36,430 nucleotides of DNA from a virus (taxonomy: Duplodnaviria; Caudoviricetes), in the IMG/VR virus record IMGVR_UViG_3300020045_003023, positions 1 to 36,430 of that record; one strand, 5' to 3'. The notes under the pieces were generated by a model. That model did not search any database and had not been told where the DNA came from. It saw only the letters and a list, made by a program, of their open reading frames with translations. A program made the position numbers and the translations under genes. This document shows positions 17,462-27,252 of this stretch, one piece after another; the first letter of the stretch is position 1; every line of letters starts with the position of its first letter.

Positions 17462-18274
17462 TTAAGCACCTGCGCCATACATAATTTCACCCGGCGTCAG
17501 GCTGCGTTTATTGCCTGTAGATTTGCTTGTCGGCTTGACCAGTTTTGGTGCTGTCTTGTCGGGTGCCGCGGTCGATGTCTTGGCCATCAGATCACGATAC
17601 TTTTTTGCTTCAATCAGCGCGCGAATTATCCGGTGGCTTTTAATGCCTCCGAATTCCTCGTCAGTAATGCCCGCCTCTTTTGCATACTCGGTTATCAGCT
17701 TCACATCGGCCTGCCATTTATCGCTAAGCTGCCCGTCCTTGACATACTCAGGGTCGGAGTTAAGCAAAGCCTGTTGCTCATCGTAGACTTTTGCGATCTC
17801 GGCCTGTTTTCTGGCCTCGCTCGCCGACTCGATGGCAGCCTTCATTCGCCTCTGCGACTCTTTCGAAAAACCTTCACGGTCAAGGTAGCGCAGTTCCTCG
17901 AACTCGCTGTCATTTGCGTTCAGGATAGACTCAAACGCCGCCGCCTTTTCTTCCAGCTCGCTTGCTTTTTTCTCAAAAGCTGCGAGCCTTTCAGCGGCCG
18001 CCTTTTTCGCCTCATCCTTTACGCGCTCAGCAAGTGCTGTGGTCTTGCGCGTGTAATCAGCTTGCTGTGATTTTCGGTCTTTGTGCGCCTGCTCCCACTC
18101 TCGGATCTCTGATAGCGGAATAACGCGGTCGCCGTACTCGAACGCCACATCTTCTGACTCTTCGTCGGTCTTTTCAGTCGACGGTTCAATCTCTGCAACT
18201 TCGGGCGCTTCTGCGCTATCCTCGGTTGCTCCGTACAATATGCTGGCTGGTCCCAGTGCTGGGTTATCAGTCAT
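17462..18274 (-). CDS. Scaffolding protein
   Basis: Acidic N-terminus, QADYTRKT motif and coiled coil; lies between portal and capsid. Confidence 0.8.
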   Translation of the reverse strand: MTDNPALGPASILYGATEDSAEAPEVAEIEPSTEKTDEESEDVAFEYGDRVIPLSEIREWEQAHKDRKSQQADYTRKTTALAERVKDEAKKAAAERLAAFEKKASELEEKAAAFESILNANDSEFEELRYLDREGFSKESQRRMKAAIESASEARKQAEIAKVYDEQQALLNSDPEYVKDGQLSDKWQADVKLITEYAKEAGITDEEFGGIKSHRIIRALIEAKKYRDLMAKTSTAAPDKTAPKLVKPTSKSTGNKRSLTPGEIMYGAGA

Positions 18275-18293
18275 GCTAAAAGTCCTCGTTAAG

Positions 18294-18569
18294 TTAGGTA
18301 TTTGTGACAGATTTTTTCAGTTTTTGCAACATACTCTGCTTTGCCATCTGTCCGGTCGTAATGATCGACTCATAATACTTTTCAACGCGCTTCATGGCGC
18401 GCATTTCAAGGTATAGCTGCTCCCGCTCGGCCTTGTCGCTCCAGCCGGTGCGGCTCCATTTGTTAAACAGGTCAGCCGTCAGTACGTTCCAAGCCTCTTG
18501 ATGCAGGGCGGACCGTAGGATCGCCTCTGCCTCTGATTTGCGCATAATATCGTCTTCGATCTGTGTCAT
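18294..18569 (-). CDS. Small hypothetical protein after the portal
   Basis: Helical 91-aa ORF whose ATG directly follows the portal stop (TAA-ATG). Confidence 0.7.
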   Translation of the reverse strand: MTQIEDDIMRKSEAEAILRSALHQEAWNVLTADLFNKWSRTGWSDKAEREQLYLEMRAMKRVEKYYESIITTGQMAKQSMLQKLKKSVTNT

Positions 18570-20693
18570 TTAATCGCCATTTTCTAGTTCGTCCAATAGA
18601 GTGTCGGTCGGGACCTGCGTTAAGTCTACCTCGTTCGATTGGTTTTCTGCGCTTAGTTCGCGCTCATATTTCGCCTCAAGCTCTGTCAATCGTGCCGCCA
18701 GCGTCTTAACGAAATGGTCGTGATCAGCAGCCAGCTTAGCGCCTTCAAGCTCCATCTTGTCATCATGCACTCGCGCCTGCTCTGTCAGCTTCGCCGCTTC
18801 AATCCCGGCCCGGCCCTTTGCTTCGATCAGCTTTGCTTGCGCTTTGATCTGCTCGGATTCTGCCAGCGGGTTTTGCTTTGCCGCAATTTCTTGCTGTAAC
18901 TGCTCTACAGCCTTGCGCAGAATCTCGTTCTCTGCTTTCAGCAGCTCGTCTGGCTGTTGTGGATCGTTGAAGAACTCGCCAGCCATCGGGAGTCCTAGCC
19001 CGGTGGTGATTCTCGACAAGGTTGCGTACAGCTTAGTCTCGTCCGTCAGGGCAGACCCGGACGCCTTGAGCTGCGTCTGGATGTTGTAGAGCGCCATCAA
19101 GGAGTCAATTATCTGTTCGTTGTCGCCCGCACCTAAGCCAACATTTGTCTTGAGCGTGTGGCTATAGCGCCAAGTTGCCGGGTCAACCCGCAGCTCTTTG
19201 CCAAGCACGGCAATTTCACAAGGCGCGTCCTGGTAATGCTCGACCAGCCACAGCATGCCATCGTACAGCTTGCGAAATCCTGTCTCTGCAATGGAGCGCG
19301 CCACCAGCTCAATCTTGGCCTGTCCTTCGGAGTCGATTCCGTTGAACCTGGTTGCGGTCTCGGTATGCAGCCTGTCGGATGTCAGCCCCTGCGATGCCAT
19401 CAGCGACCCGGTAGACTGCGCACGCGCCAGGTCAAGGTATTGCAGCATCTGGAACGCATCGCCCAGCATTGGGTTGATAGTCAACTGCATTACGTCCTGT
19501 GACGGGATGCCGGATGTGCGCTTTATGCTGCCGTGCTGTACAACCAGAAAGTCGTCAATGTTGACGTTATTCTCGTTGACGACAACCATGCCGTTGTTCG
19601 ACAGGTACATGTTATCGAGCGCGCCGCGCAGGATGGTCGACTTCTGTAGCTGTTTTGCTTTCGTGAGGTCGGCCCGGCTTTTGCCGATCGACTTGTGCGG
19701 CATCAGGATTGACGAGATTATAGCGTACGGCACATGGTCGAACGGCTCGTCTTTGATGATAACGTCACCGATGCGCGAGCGCAGAATTCTGCGCCGTTCG
19801 ACGTTACCGTCTAGCTTGTAGTCAAGCAGACAGTACAGATCCATCAGCTCGACATTTTCGAGCATGTATTGTCGCGTTGGGCTATCGCTCGGAAGCCCCT
19901 GGTCATCAAATCTGATTGCGTTGATCTGGTTGCTGTTGATGGTAGAGCATCCAGACTTCGGGATGCGCTTTATATCACCCATCGATACGCCCATAGCTTG
20001 CAGCTCTGAGCGCGTCTTTATCATGACATCGCCGACCAGTGGGGCGTCGTCCTCGCTTGCTGCGCCCTTTGTGATCAGGAAATTCTCCAGCTTCACACCT
20101 GTGAATTTCGGCACGTTGCGCTTTTTCTGTGTCACCATGAATTCTACATCGAATGTTGCGGCATCGTCACCTTCGATGCGCTCAACGATCTCGACCGACT
20201 CGATGTTCTCTCCTTCCATGCTTTCCCGCAGTGCTTCGGCTTCGATCTCAGATAGCCCGCGGTACTTTACCGTTCTGGTTTTCTGCTCTTCCTCGACGAA
20301 ATACTTGACCACTCCGGCTTTTATCTCTGACTCTTTCAGCCATCCGAGCAGCGTACGGTATGAGTGCGGCTGGTCTTTTATAAGCCAGTTGATGTACTGG
20401 GTTTTTTGCTTTGCTTCCTCAACAGCTTCAGGCTTTACAGATAGCGCGTGAAAAGTGCAGATGTCGCCAGAGCCAAGAAATACCCGCGCCAGGCTTGGCA
20501 TGTCGGACTCAATGACATCGCGCACGTCTGTTGTTACGGCCGAGCTCTTCCCGTCCTCTTCATTGCCGAACGGCCTACCCTCGTAGTAGTCAAGATTTTC
20601 GATATATTCAGCGCCGAATTCGGCATTGAAGTCGATCGCGTCCCCGACGGCTTCGTCAAGAGCTTGGATCAGCTCGTCGTTTTTCAGCGCCAT
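18570..20693 (-). CDS. Portal protein (P22-like, long C-terminal coiled coil)
   Basis: Likely start MALKNDEL at 20693; YYEGRPFGNEEDGKS..VTTDVRDVIE..MPSL; follows TerL. Confidence 0.9.
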   Translation of the reverse strand: MALKNDELIQALDEAVGDAIDFNAEFGAEYIENLDYYEGRPFGNEEDGKSSAVTTDVRDVIESDMPSLARVFLGSGDICTFHALSVKPEAVEEAKQKTQYINWLIKDQPHSYRTLLGWLKESEIKAGVVKYFVEEEQKTRTVKYRGLSEIEAEALRESMEGENIESVEIVERIEGDDAATFDVEFMVTQKKRNVPKFTGVKLENFLITKGAASEDDAPLVGDVMIKTRSELQAMGVSMGDIKRIPKSGCSTINSNQINAIRFDDQGLPSDSPTRQYMLENVELMDLYCLLDYKLDGNVERRRILRSRIGDVIIKDEPFDHVPYAIISSILMPHKSIGKSRADLTKAKQLQKSTILRGALDNMYLSNNGMVVVNENNVNIDDFLVVQHGSIKRTSGIPSQDVMQLTINPMLGDAFQMLQYLDLARAQSTGSLMASQGLTSDRLHTETATRFNGIDSEGQAKIELVARSIAETGFRKLYDGMLWLVEHYQDAPCEIAVLGKELRVDPATWRYSHTLKTNVGLGAGDNEQIIDSLMALYNIQTQLKASGSALTDETKLYATLSRITTGLGLPMAGEFFNDPQQPDELLKAENEILRKAVEQLQQEIAAKQNPLAESEQIKAQAKLIEAKGRAGIEAAKLTEQARVHDDKMELEGAKLAADHDHFVKTLAARLTELEAKYERELSAENQSNEVDLTQVPTDTLLDELENGD

Positions 20694-20887
20694 CAAACAA
20701 GCCTCAATCGTCGGTATCGGATCGGTGAGCGTTTTTTGCTGTCTATGTAGACTCTTGAGCCGTCTGTACACACTGCAAAGCCGCACTCTTTCAGATATTG
20801 CAGTATATCACCAACATTATCGCCCTGCACAAGTCGATAGGTGATGTCGCGCCCATACGCCTCTTGTATCGCTTCGTCTAGCGTCAT
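20693..20887 (-). CDS. Small hypothetical protein between TerL and portal
   Basis: ATGA and TGATG overlaps at both ends. Confidence 0.55.
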   Translation of the reverse strand: MTLDEAIQEAYGRDITYRLVQGDNVGDILQYLKECGFAVCTDGSRVYIDSKKRSPIRYRRLRLV

Positions 20888-22401
20888 ACGATGCCCTTCG
20901 TGCTGTATTTTAGCGGCTTTCTGTCCTTTTTTGTCGGCGGCCTAAACATTGTCATCATAACCGCGTCGCCCATGTTCGGAGATGCTACGCCTAACTTGCT
21001 TTTAATCTCTTGCTTTGCCATTAACTGTATCATGCCCGACCGGTCTGGCCTCGTCGGTATACTGCACAGCTCAGACCGCAATTCCTCAATGGACTCGATG
21101 CCGTCAGAGTCAAAACTAATCATAATTTCTGGGTCGATATATTCGCCTTTGACCACTGCCCTGTATGTGTTATACATACGGTCGGCCAGCTCTGTATAGT
21201 ACTGCGCTCTGTTATTTCGGAAAACGTCGGCATAGGTCAGTTGGTCGTATTTCGTAGATCCGTCTGTCGGCTGATACACCTTATCGCCGTTGTCTTGTCC
21301 TTCGCCTGATAGTGATCCTCGAAACATCTGGTACTGCGTGCGCGTGCCGCCGAAAGCGTCTTGCGCCTGGCGTTTAAGCCCTGCCCCCATGCCGTCGCCG
21401 TCCCAGATAAACCAGTCGGCCCCGTCCTCGCGCGCTAGCCTAGTCGCCCAGTCGAAGCTTACGTCGATCTCTTTGCCTCTAAGATCCGCCACTCGCGTAA
21501 TGATCGACCCATGCCGCAAAGCATAGCCGGCCGCATCGCGCCCGCCGTCTGACGGGTCATGTCCTGCAATACGCGCGCCTCTTGGCTTTAACGCCTCGGC
21601 AAGTCGTGGCAGCTTGTGCGCGTCAATGCACGCCTCAAACCATTCGTGCCGTATTATGGAATCTTCTACCTCGTCTAAGTAGTCACCGTGCCACTTGTGC
21701 CGGTACGCCGCATGACTGAGCTTGGACTTGTCGTCTAATCGCTCTTCTTCGAGGCCCGACATCAGAAACCAGTCGGCCGGCATGTCTGTGTAATTGACCT
21801 GAACAACCATAATTAAGTCGTCCTCATAATAGCCGCAGCGCCTCAAATCTTCTTCTGCACGCGCTAGCCACTTTTTCGCAACTGCCCCATCGCGACGCCC
21901 CCGGTTCATTGTTATGATGATCTCTGGCATGCGCACATCTTCGCCCGCCATCTTGCGCTGTGTGTCAGTTGCATTCAGGCGCACCGACGCCGTTAGCACG
22001 CGCAGCGTGTTGTCGCTAAGATCTTCGCCCTCTTCTATCCACAGGCCGTCGACGCCGGAGAGCGTAGACTTCAGTGATGTGATATTGCGCGCCAGCCCTC
22101 GATAGAATACGCGCCCGCCTGACGGCTGGTGCTCGATGCTGGTCTTGGTGTCAATAAAACCAGATATATCTAGGCGCCCGATCTCGTCCAGTATCGTGCG
22201 ATGTACCGACTCTTCGATGCTGTTTTGATGTTCCCGAGCACAACACCATAGCTCGCCAGTCGTTAGCCTGGCCGCTATCAGGTCGGCAACGCCCGTGCTT
22301 TTCGTGCTGCCCCTGCCGCCTACAATAATCTTGATGCGCTTCGGCTTAGTGAAGATCGGATACAGTTTGTCAACGTAGTCAATTTTGATCTGGCTGCCCA
22401 T
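20884..22401 (-). CDS. terL: Terminase large subunit
   Basis: Walker A GGRGSTKS, CAREHQNSI, Walker B WIEEGE, nuclease GHDPSDGG and SPNMGDA. Confidence 0.95.
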   Translation of the reverse strand: MGSQIKIDYVDKLYPIFTKPKRIKIIVGGRGSTKSTGVADLIAARLTTGELWCCAREHQNSIEESVHRTILDEIGRLDISGFIDTKTSIEHQPSGGRVFYRGLARNITSLKSTLSGVDGLWIEEGEDLSDNTLRVLTASVRLNATDTQRKMAGEDVRMPEIIITMNRGRRDGAVAKKWLARAEEDLRRCGYYEDDLIMVVQVNYTDMPADWFLMSGLEEERLDDKSKLSHAAYRHKWHGDYLDEVEDSIIRHEWFEACIDAHKLPRLAEALKPRGARIAGHDPSDGGRDAAGYALRHGSIITRVADLRGKEIDVSFDWATRLAREDGADWFIWDGDGMGAGLKRQAQDAFGGTRTQYQMFRGSLSGEGQDNGDKVYQPTDGSTKYDQLTYADVFRNNRAQYYTELADRMYNTYRAVVKGEYIDPEIMISFDSDGIESIEELRSELCSIPTRPDRSGMIQLMAKQEIKSKLGVASPNMGDAVMMTMFRPPTKKDRKPLKYSTKGIV

Positions 22402-22786
22402 GCCCTGACCCTACCGGGTTGAATACAAACGTCGTCGCAATCTCGGCTTTTAACGGCCCGCCGTCTGGCCCGGTTAATTCGGTCTGTTGCTTCTCAGAGT
22501 AGCCGTGCTTGCCTAGCGCCAGCTTGACTATAGCGGAATTGAACTCACCGCTAAGGCCGTTTGTCAACAAAACTCGCTCTTGAGTTGCTTGTATTTTGTC
22601 TAATATGCGCGAAAACTCAGCTTTATCAGCTTGCACCGCCCAATCGTGAAGCGTCCTCCGGCCGATCTCCAGCACGCACGCCAGACCTGCGGCGCTGGGT
22701 ATCAGATCGCCGTATTCTCGGTAGTTCGCGAGATAATCAAGCGCTTTTTTGTTGATCTTCTCGTTGTATTTCGTTGGTCTTGCCAT
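22379..22786 (-). CDS. terS: Terminase small subunit
   Basis: MARPTKY...PSAAGLA HTH ...ELTGPDGGPL; overlaps terL. Confidence 0.88.
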   Translation of the reverse strand: MARPTKYNEKINKKALDYLANYREYGDLIPSAAGLACVLEIGRRTLHDWAVQADKAEFSRILDKIQATQERVLLTNGLSGEFNSAIVKLALGKHGYSEKQQTELTGPDGGPLKAEIATTFVFNPVGSGHGQPDQN

Positions 22787-22820
22787 TTTAGCGGTTCCGT
22801 TGGATTGTCGCTTGGCTGGT

Positions 22821-22845
22821 AAAAAAAGCCCCTCCGCAGAGGAGC
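22821..22845 (-). terminator. Rho-independent terminator upstream of terS
   Basis: The minus strand reads GCTCCTC-TGCG-GAGGGGC-TTTTTTT. Confidence 0.75.
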
Positions 22846-22853
22846 AAGTGGAG

Positions 22854-23693
22854 TTACAGGTCGCCTAGCATTTCCCAGTTGAAAATAATTGTGCCGGTGA
22901 AGGTTGCAGTGCCGGCAGTATGGGTTGCGTCGTCGTCGATGACAAAGTTTAAGAAAAGGTCTTTTGCTGTTGTGCTGCCGTCCATCCAGCGCGCCCCTGA
23001 TTCTGTCAGCGCGGTCGCAACCGATGCTGCACTGACCACGCCGATCTTGTCGCTCGCTCCAGCTGATACGGACACCGACGGCATATAATCGGCTTCAGTA
23101 CCGGTCAGCGTTGCGCCGGTCGTTGCGGTTACTGTTCCCAGCGACACGTCACCGTCCCAGTTATCAATAATCGTGCCAGTGACACCGGCAGTTATTGACC
23201 CTGAAACTGTCGCGCCCTTAAACAGCAACATCCCGGCCGGGAAGTCGTAAACCTTCACGCCGCCATACTGAGCAACCCCCGCGTCATCTGAGATTGTGAC
23301 AGATACCGCGTTGCACTCCAGGTATGTTTGCCTTGCTACTCCGCTGCCCTTTTCATAGACGGTAACGCCTGATGTCGCGCTGGTGCCGACGCCAATCTGT
23401 TCCTCGGTCGTGTCTTTGATGTTAGCCGTTGCGGTGCCTGACGTGTACGCTGTGCAGTTCGACCGGTAGAGCTGGTCTTTGCCGGACTCGTTCACTTTTG
23501 TTGTCGGCGAGATTACGCTGGTTGTCAGCGCTTGCTGGATCAGCGTCCACGAAGTGCCGCCGTCGTCTGATGACTCAAACCGCACGGTCGCGTTATGTGT
23601 GCCTGTCAGGCTGTAGGTGTATGATCGACCCGCCTTGATCAGGATGGCCGTCCCTGCTGCTACCGCCCCATGTGCGGTTGTTACTGTCGACAT
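22854..23693 (-). CDS. Thr/Gly-rich beta protein, putative accessory virion protein
   Basis: Composition; co-oriented with the late genes. Confidence 0.6.
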   Translation of the reverse strand: MSTVTTAHGAVAAGTAILIKAGRSYTYSLTGTHNATVRFESSDDGGTSWTLIQQALTTSVISPTTKVNESGKDQLYRSNCTAYTSGTATANIKDTTEEQIGVGTSATSGVTVYEKGSGVARQTYLECNAVSVTISDDAGVAQYGGVKVYDFPAGMLLFKGATVSGSITAGVTGTIIDNWDGDVSLGTVTATTGATLTGTEADYMPSVSVSAGASDKIGVVSAASVATALTESGARWMDGSTTAKDLFLNFVIDDDATHTAGTATFTGTIIFNWEMLGDL

Positions 23694-23703
23694 TTCTTTA
23701 CCC

Positions 23704-23910
23704 TCAGTTTTGTGCCGCCCATGTTGCGGCTGTGTCAGTTTGTGCCGTCCACGTCGTCACAGCGTCAGCAGATGCGGCCCACGATGCGGCTGTGTCCGGG
23801 CTGGGTGTCCACGGCGATAGTTCGACGCCGATAGTATACCCTCTAGTGGCGATGTTGCTAATACTGCCCGTATACGTGCCATTTCCATAGCCGCGCGTGA
23901 CAATGATCAT
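23704..23910 (-). CDS. Small protein with xTRGY and 10-residue Trp repeats
   Basis: IVTRGYG...IATRGY; WTPSPDTAAS-WAASADAVTT-WTAQTDTAAT-WAAQN; ATGA overlap. Confidence 0.6.
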   Translation of the reverse strand: MIIVTRGYGNGTYTGSISNIATRGYTIGVELSPWTPSPDTAASWAASADAVTTWTAQTDTAATWAAQN

Positions 23911-25025
23911 GATGCACGGCTTATAGCGGTTGGGTTGGTGGCATCGTCCAGTGTAAACGTCATGGCGGTTGTCGTGCCGTCGACTTTCTTGACTGTGTAT
24001 GTCGTGCTTCCTATCGAGAATTCGCTTAGGAATTGCTGTATCGCAAACAGCGCTTGTGCAAGAGTCGGCGCCGCTCCGTTCGCTGCGTAGCTCTCCGTCA
24101 TCTGTGTTGTCAGAACTTGCGCGACTGTGATGTCGTTTAGTGCTGCCACAGTTGCCTCGGCTGCTCGCGCGTCTAGTATCAGATCCAGGCGCCCGCCGTT
24201 TGCCCAGTCGGTCTGCAGCTCGCTGGTGTCAGCCACAATGGATGCCGTCTCCGCCTTCACCGCCGCGACGTCGGCCGATACACTAGCCCCTGATGGAGCG
24301 CCGAGTCTAGCGAAGCTGTCGCCGGTCTGCGGAGTGTTGCCGGTGTACGTCGTCAGCGTGTCGACTGTGTCGACATTCACGACGGCGCCAGACAGCGTCG
24401 TGATCGGGCCGGCAGACACGATATCGGTTGCCGCTATGTCGTTGAGCGCCGCTATTGCGGCTTGAGTTGTGCTGTGCTGAGAGTCCTGAGCGGTGTCGAG
24501 CGCGTCAAGCGTGGTCAGTGTGCCGGATATGCTGTAGCCCGTCTTATCGTTGCTGGTGCCGACCGTTACAGCCCCGGACGCCAGGCTGATCTGCCCCGCG
24601 CCTGTGCCGCTAGACAGCAGAACGGACGCCCCAACGTCGCGCCCTGTTTGCGCAGTGCCGCCGAGCTGCACCGCGTTCACGTCTAGCAGGTCGGTACCTC
24701 CGACGATTGAGTCGTATACGTTCGAGGCAAGCACCATGCACTCAAGCCGCACCGCGAGCGCACCAGACACGTGCGAGAAGATCACCAGCGGGCCGAGCGT
24801 GTCCGTGTCTGTCGCGTCAAGCGTTGCGTAGTACACCCCGTTGCTGATATGAGTGGCGCCGCCACTGCTTTTGTTTGCCAGAGTGGTGGCGCCTGACTTC
24901 CAGATTTTTATGTCTGTGTTATTGATAGTCAGCGCAGTTTCCTCGGTGTTCCCGTCGGTCGAGTCTAGGAAATACCCGAGTGGAACCTCCTGGCTGGCTG
25001 TAGATTGCTTGAGCAGAATTGCCAT
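23907..25025 (-). CDS. Thr/Ala-rich fibre-like putative virion protein
   Basis: Likely start MAILLKQSTA at 25025 (TGATG overlap); low-complexity, fibre-like middle. Confidence 0.6.
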   Translation of the reverse strand: MAILLKQSTASQEVPLGYFLDSTDGNTEETALTINNTDIKIWKSGATTLANKSSGGATHISNGVYYATLDATDTDTLGPLVIFSHVSGALAVRLECMVLASNVYDSIVGGTDLLDVNAVQLGGTAQTGRDVGASVLLSSGTGAGQISLASGAVTVGTSNDKTGYSISGTLTTLDALDTAQDSQHSTTQAAIAALNDIAATDIVSAGPITTLSGAVVNVDTVDTLTTYTGNTPQTGDSFARLGAPSGASVSADVAAVKAETASIVADTSELQTDWANGGRLDLILDARAAEATVAALNDITVAQVLTTQMTESYAANGAAPTLAQALFAIQQFLSEFSIGSTTYTVKKVDGTTTAMTFTLDDATNPTAISRAS

Positions 25026-25759
25026 CAGCTTATTCCCTGGTGTCTCAGATGATTGATTATAACAGGAATCGACACGCCGCCTGCGGCTGCCGCGTACACC
25101 GCGAAGGCGCCAGCGATGACCGAGGCCATGATGCTTGCGCCGTCGTGGCTCATCGTCCACGTATAGGTCAGCGATGCCGAGCTGACCACGTCGTCATAAG
25201 CGCACGCGGCCCGGTTGCGGTTGCTGTAGTCGCTGCTGATCAGCGTTGCGTCTGCGTCTACGGTGTGACCGCCAGATGCGCTGGCAGAAGATGCTCTGGC
25301 GCTTGCGGCGTACGTCAGCGCGTACTCGCCAGAAGCGCCCGCCAGCGTTACATCGATAGTGCCGCCGTTGGCCAAAGCCGTGGCTGTGTTCGACGCCAGC
25401 GATGACAGCAGCGTCGTCTGGTGCGCTCCGGTGAGCTCGTGCACGTAGTACACGAAGTCGGCCTCGGTTCCACCGGACCAGGTGGCATCAAGCGTGTGCG
25501 ATCCCGCACCAGGATGTCCTGTATCAAGCAGATACGCCACCGCGGAGCTTGACGCCTCGCCACCATCAACCGAAAGATTGGCATGAACGGTGCATGAGTT
25601 GCCACCAATGGTCATCGACGAAAGCGTAGACACCGATCCGCGACGGCATGTTGCCACGACCACCACGGCGCGGTTGCTTCCGGTTCCGCTAAGCGATACC
25701 GTGAAGTCAGCCGTGGTGGCGTTCGAGTAGACGGTGGTCGCTACGCGGCTTAGTGCCAT
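25025..25759 (-). CDS. Ser/Thr/Ala-rich beta protein, putative accessory virion protein
   Basis: Composition; short C-terminal tag GGVSIPVIINHLRHQGIS. Confidence 0.6.
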   Translation of the reverse strand: MALSRVATTVYSNATTADFTVSLSGTGSNRAVVVVATCRRGSVSTLSSMTIGGNSCTVHANLSVDGGEASSSAVAYLLDTGHPGAGSHTLDATWSGGTEADFVYYVHELTGAHQTTLLSSLASNTATALANGGTIDVTLAGASGEYALTYAASARASSASASGGHTVDADATLISSDYSNRNRAACAYDDVVSSASLTYTWTMSHDGASIMASVIAGAFAVYAAAAGGVSIPVIINHLRHQGIS

Positions 25760-25761
25760 CG

Positions 25762-26469
25762 CTAGAACCCGGCCAGTACCGCATCGATCTGCGAGCGAAG
25801 CGAGGCCCGATCTTCAGGCAGGAGTGTCGCGTACACGATTTGCTGAGCTGTCAGCGTTCCAGCCAGCAGCTTGCTGGCCAAGCTCTCGATGTGCGCGATG
25901 TAGGCCGGCAGAAGCACGTCCCTCATGGCGTTGTACTTAGCCACCTGCGCCGGGTAGTCTGTGACCCCGTAGCGCTGCACCATTGCGGCCTCCAGCATCT
26001 CAGGCGCAAGGCCTGCGGCACGGATGCCTTGCATGAAACCCAGCGTTGACTGCGCAGCGAAATACGACTTCAGGATCGACGCCGAGTTGTCGGCTGCTAC
26101 GGCAGCTAGAGCGTCGCGAGCGGTGCGCAGGTGCTGCATGATGCGCCCCGCCGCCACCATGGATTCCAGCGCCTGCTCGACATCTTGGCGCTTGTAGGGC
26201 CTGCACTGGTTTACTAGCGATCCCATGGAGCACGATCCGCGGCGCCCGAGTATCCGTAACGCTCTGTCGCGCGCCATCCCGCTTGCGTCTCGCTCAGCTG
26301 ATGCCGCCGCCATCATAGCATCCACTGCCGCCTGCTGATGATCATCAATGCAGGCTGATGCCACAAGACGCGCTAACCCTTCCTCGGCTGATCCGCCGCC
26401 GATAACTACGCACCGCAAAAATGCAGCCTTGTCAAGCTCCACAGATACACGCACAACAATAGCCCTCAT
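25762..26469 (-). CDS. Hypothetical protein containing a winged-helix segment paralogous to the primase C-terminus
   Basis: CRPYKRQDVEQALESMVAAGRI matches primase CRPYKRQDVEQTLEAMVAAGRI. Confidence 0.65.
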   Translation of the reverse strand: MRAIVVRVSVELDKAAFLRCVVIGGGSAEEGLARLVASACIDDHQQAAVDAMMAAASAERDASGMARDRALRILGRRGSCSMGSLVNQCRPYKRQDVEQALESMVAAGRIMQHLRTARDALAAVAADNSASILKSYFAAQSTLGFMQGIRAAGLAPEMLEAAMVQRYGVTDYPAQVAKYNAMRDVLLPAYIAHIESLASKLLAGTLTAQQIVYATLLPEDRASLRSQIDAVLAGF

Positions 26470-26975
26470 GATCCAGATAGGTGCAATTATAACTTATATG
26501 TGGCCCAAAGCCGCATTTTTGCTTATTTTATCTAATTTTACCTTAATTTTAGGCTAAGCCTTTGTTTTTATTGGATTTTTTATATTTATATATAATATAT
26601 ATATATAGTTAAAGATGATGATGATGATGATGATTTGGAAAAAGTCTCTTAATGGGTGTTTTTCTTCAGTCAAATAATTGACAAAAAGAAAAAGTCTTAT
26701 GGGTATTTTTATATCTATCTCTGAGGTTCTCACTATATTAGCTACATTAAACGAAACACAATAAGAATCAAAGACTTAGGCGCAAAACTCGCGTTATCTT
26801 AATTCTGCTTATTTTATTTAAAACTATGTAAATCGCACAAAACACGTTAGCGCCCACTAACTTTCGACGGTTTTTTGACTAATTTTCTTTTCTTACTAAA
26901 ACGGTAGGGATTACGGCATGCCTAACGGCTTATAACTGTTTTCGCGCATCGTTATAGCAAACAATTATAAACAAG
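26470..26975. other. Putative replication origin (AT-rich non-coding region)
   Basis: The only long non-coding stretch, downstream of the primase. It has a TA-rich core at 26581-26607, (GAT)7 at 26614-26634, and imperfect inverted and direct repeats. Confidence 0.7.
26614..26634. repeat. (GAT)7 microsatellite
   Basis: Read directly from the sequence. Confidence 0.95.
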
Positions 26976-26978
26976 TTG

Positions 26979-27006
26979 TTGATTTTAATTTTGGCGGTGC
27001 TATAGT
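26979..27006 (+). promoter_or_regulatory. Sigma70-like promoter
   Basis: TTGATT-N16-TATAGT with extended -10 TG. Confidence 0.6.
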
Positions 27007-27053
27007 TACTCACATGGAGGGCATAACGCCTTCCACCCACGGAGAAAGAGAAA

Positions 27054-27245
27054 ATGAAAACATACCGCATAGCAGATATGAGCAACGGCCCTTTTGGGGA
27101 CGTGTACGCCTCCTTGGAGGAAGCAGAAGCGGCACTCGAAGAGTGTATCGCAGAGGGCGACGCGCTGAACGCCCTCAATGAGGAGACAGACCAACGCGCG
27201 CGCGATTTTTTCTGTATCGTAGACGCCAAGGGAGAAGAAATCTAA
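27054..27245 (+). CDS. Small acidic hypothetical protein
   Basis: Has its own promoter and GGAG RBS; about 16 D/E versus 5 K/R in 63 aa. Confidence 0.7.
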   Translation: MKTYRIADMSNGPFGDVYASLEEAEAALEECIAEGDALNALNEETDQRARDFFCIVDAKGEEI

Positions 27246-27252
27246 CCGCCAC

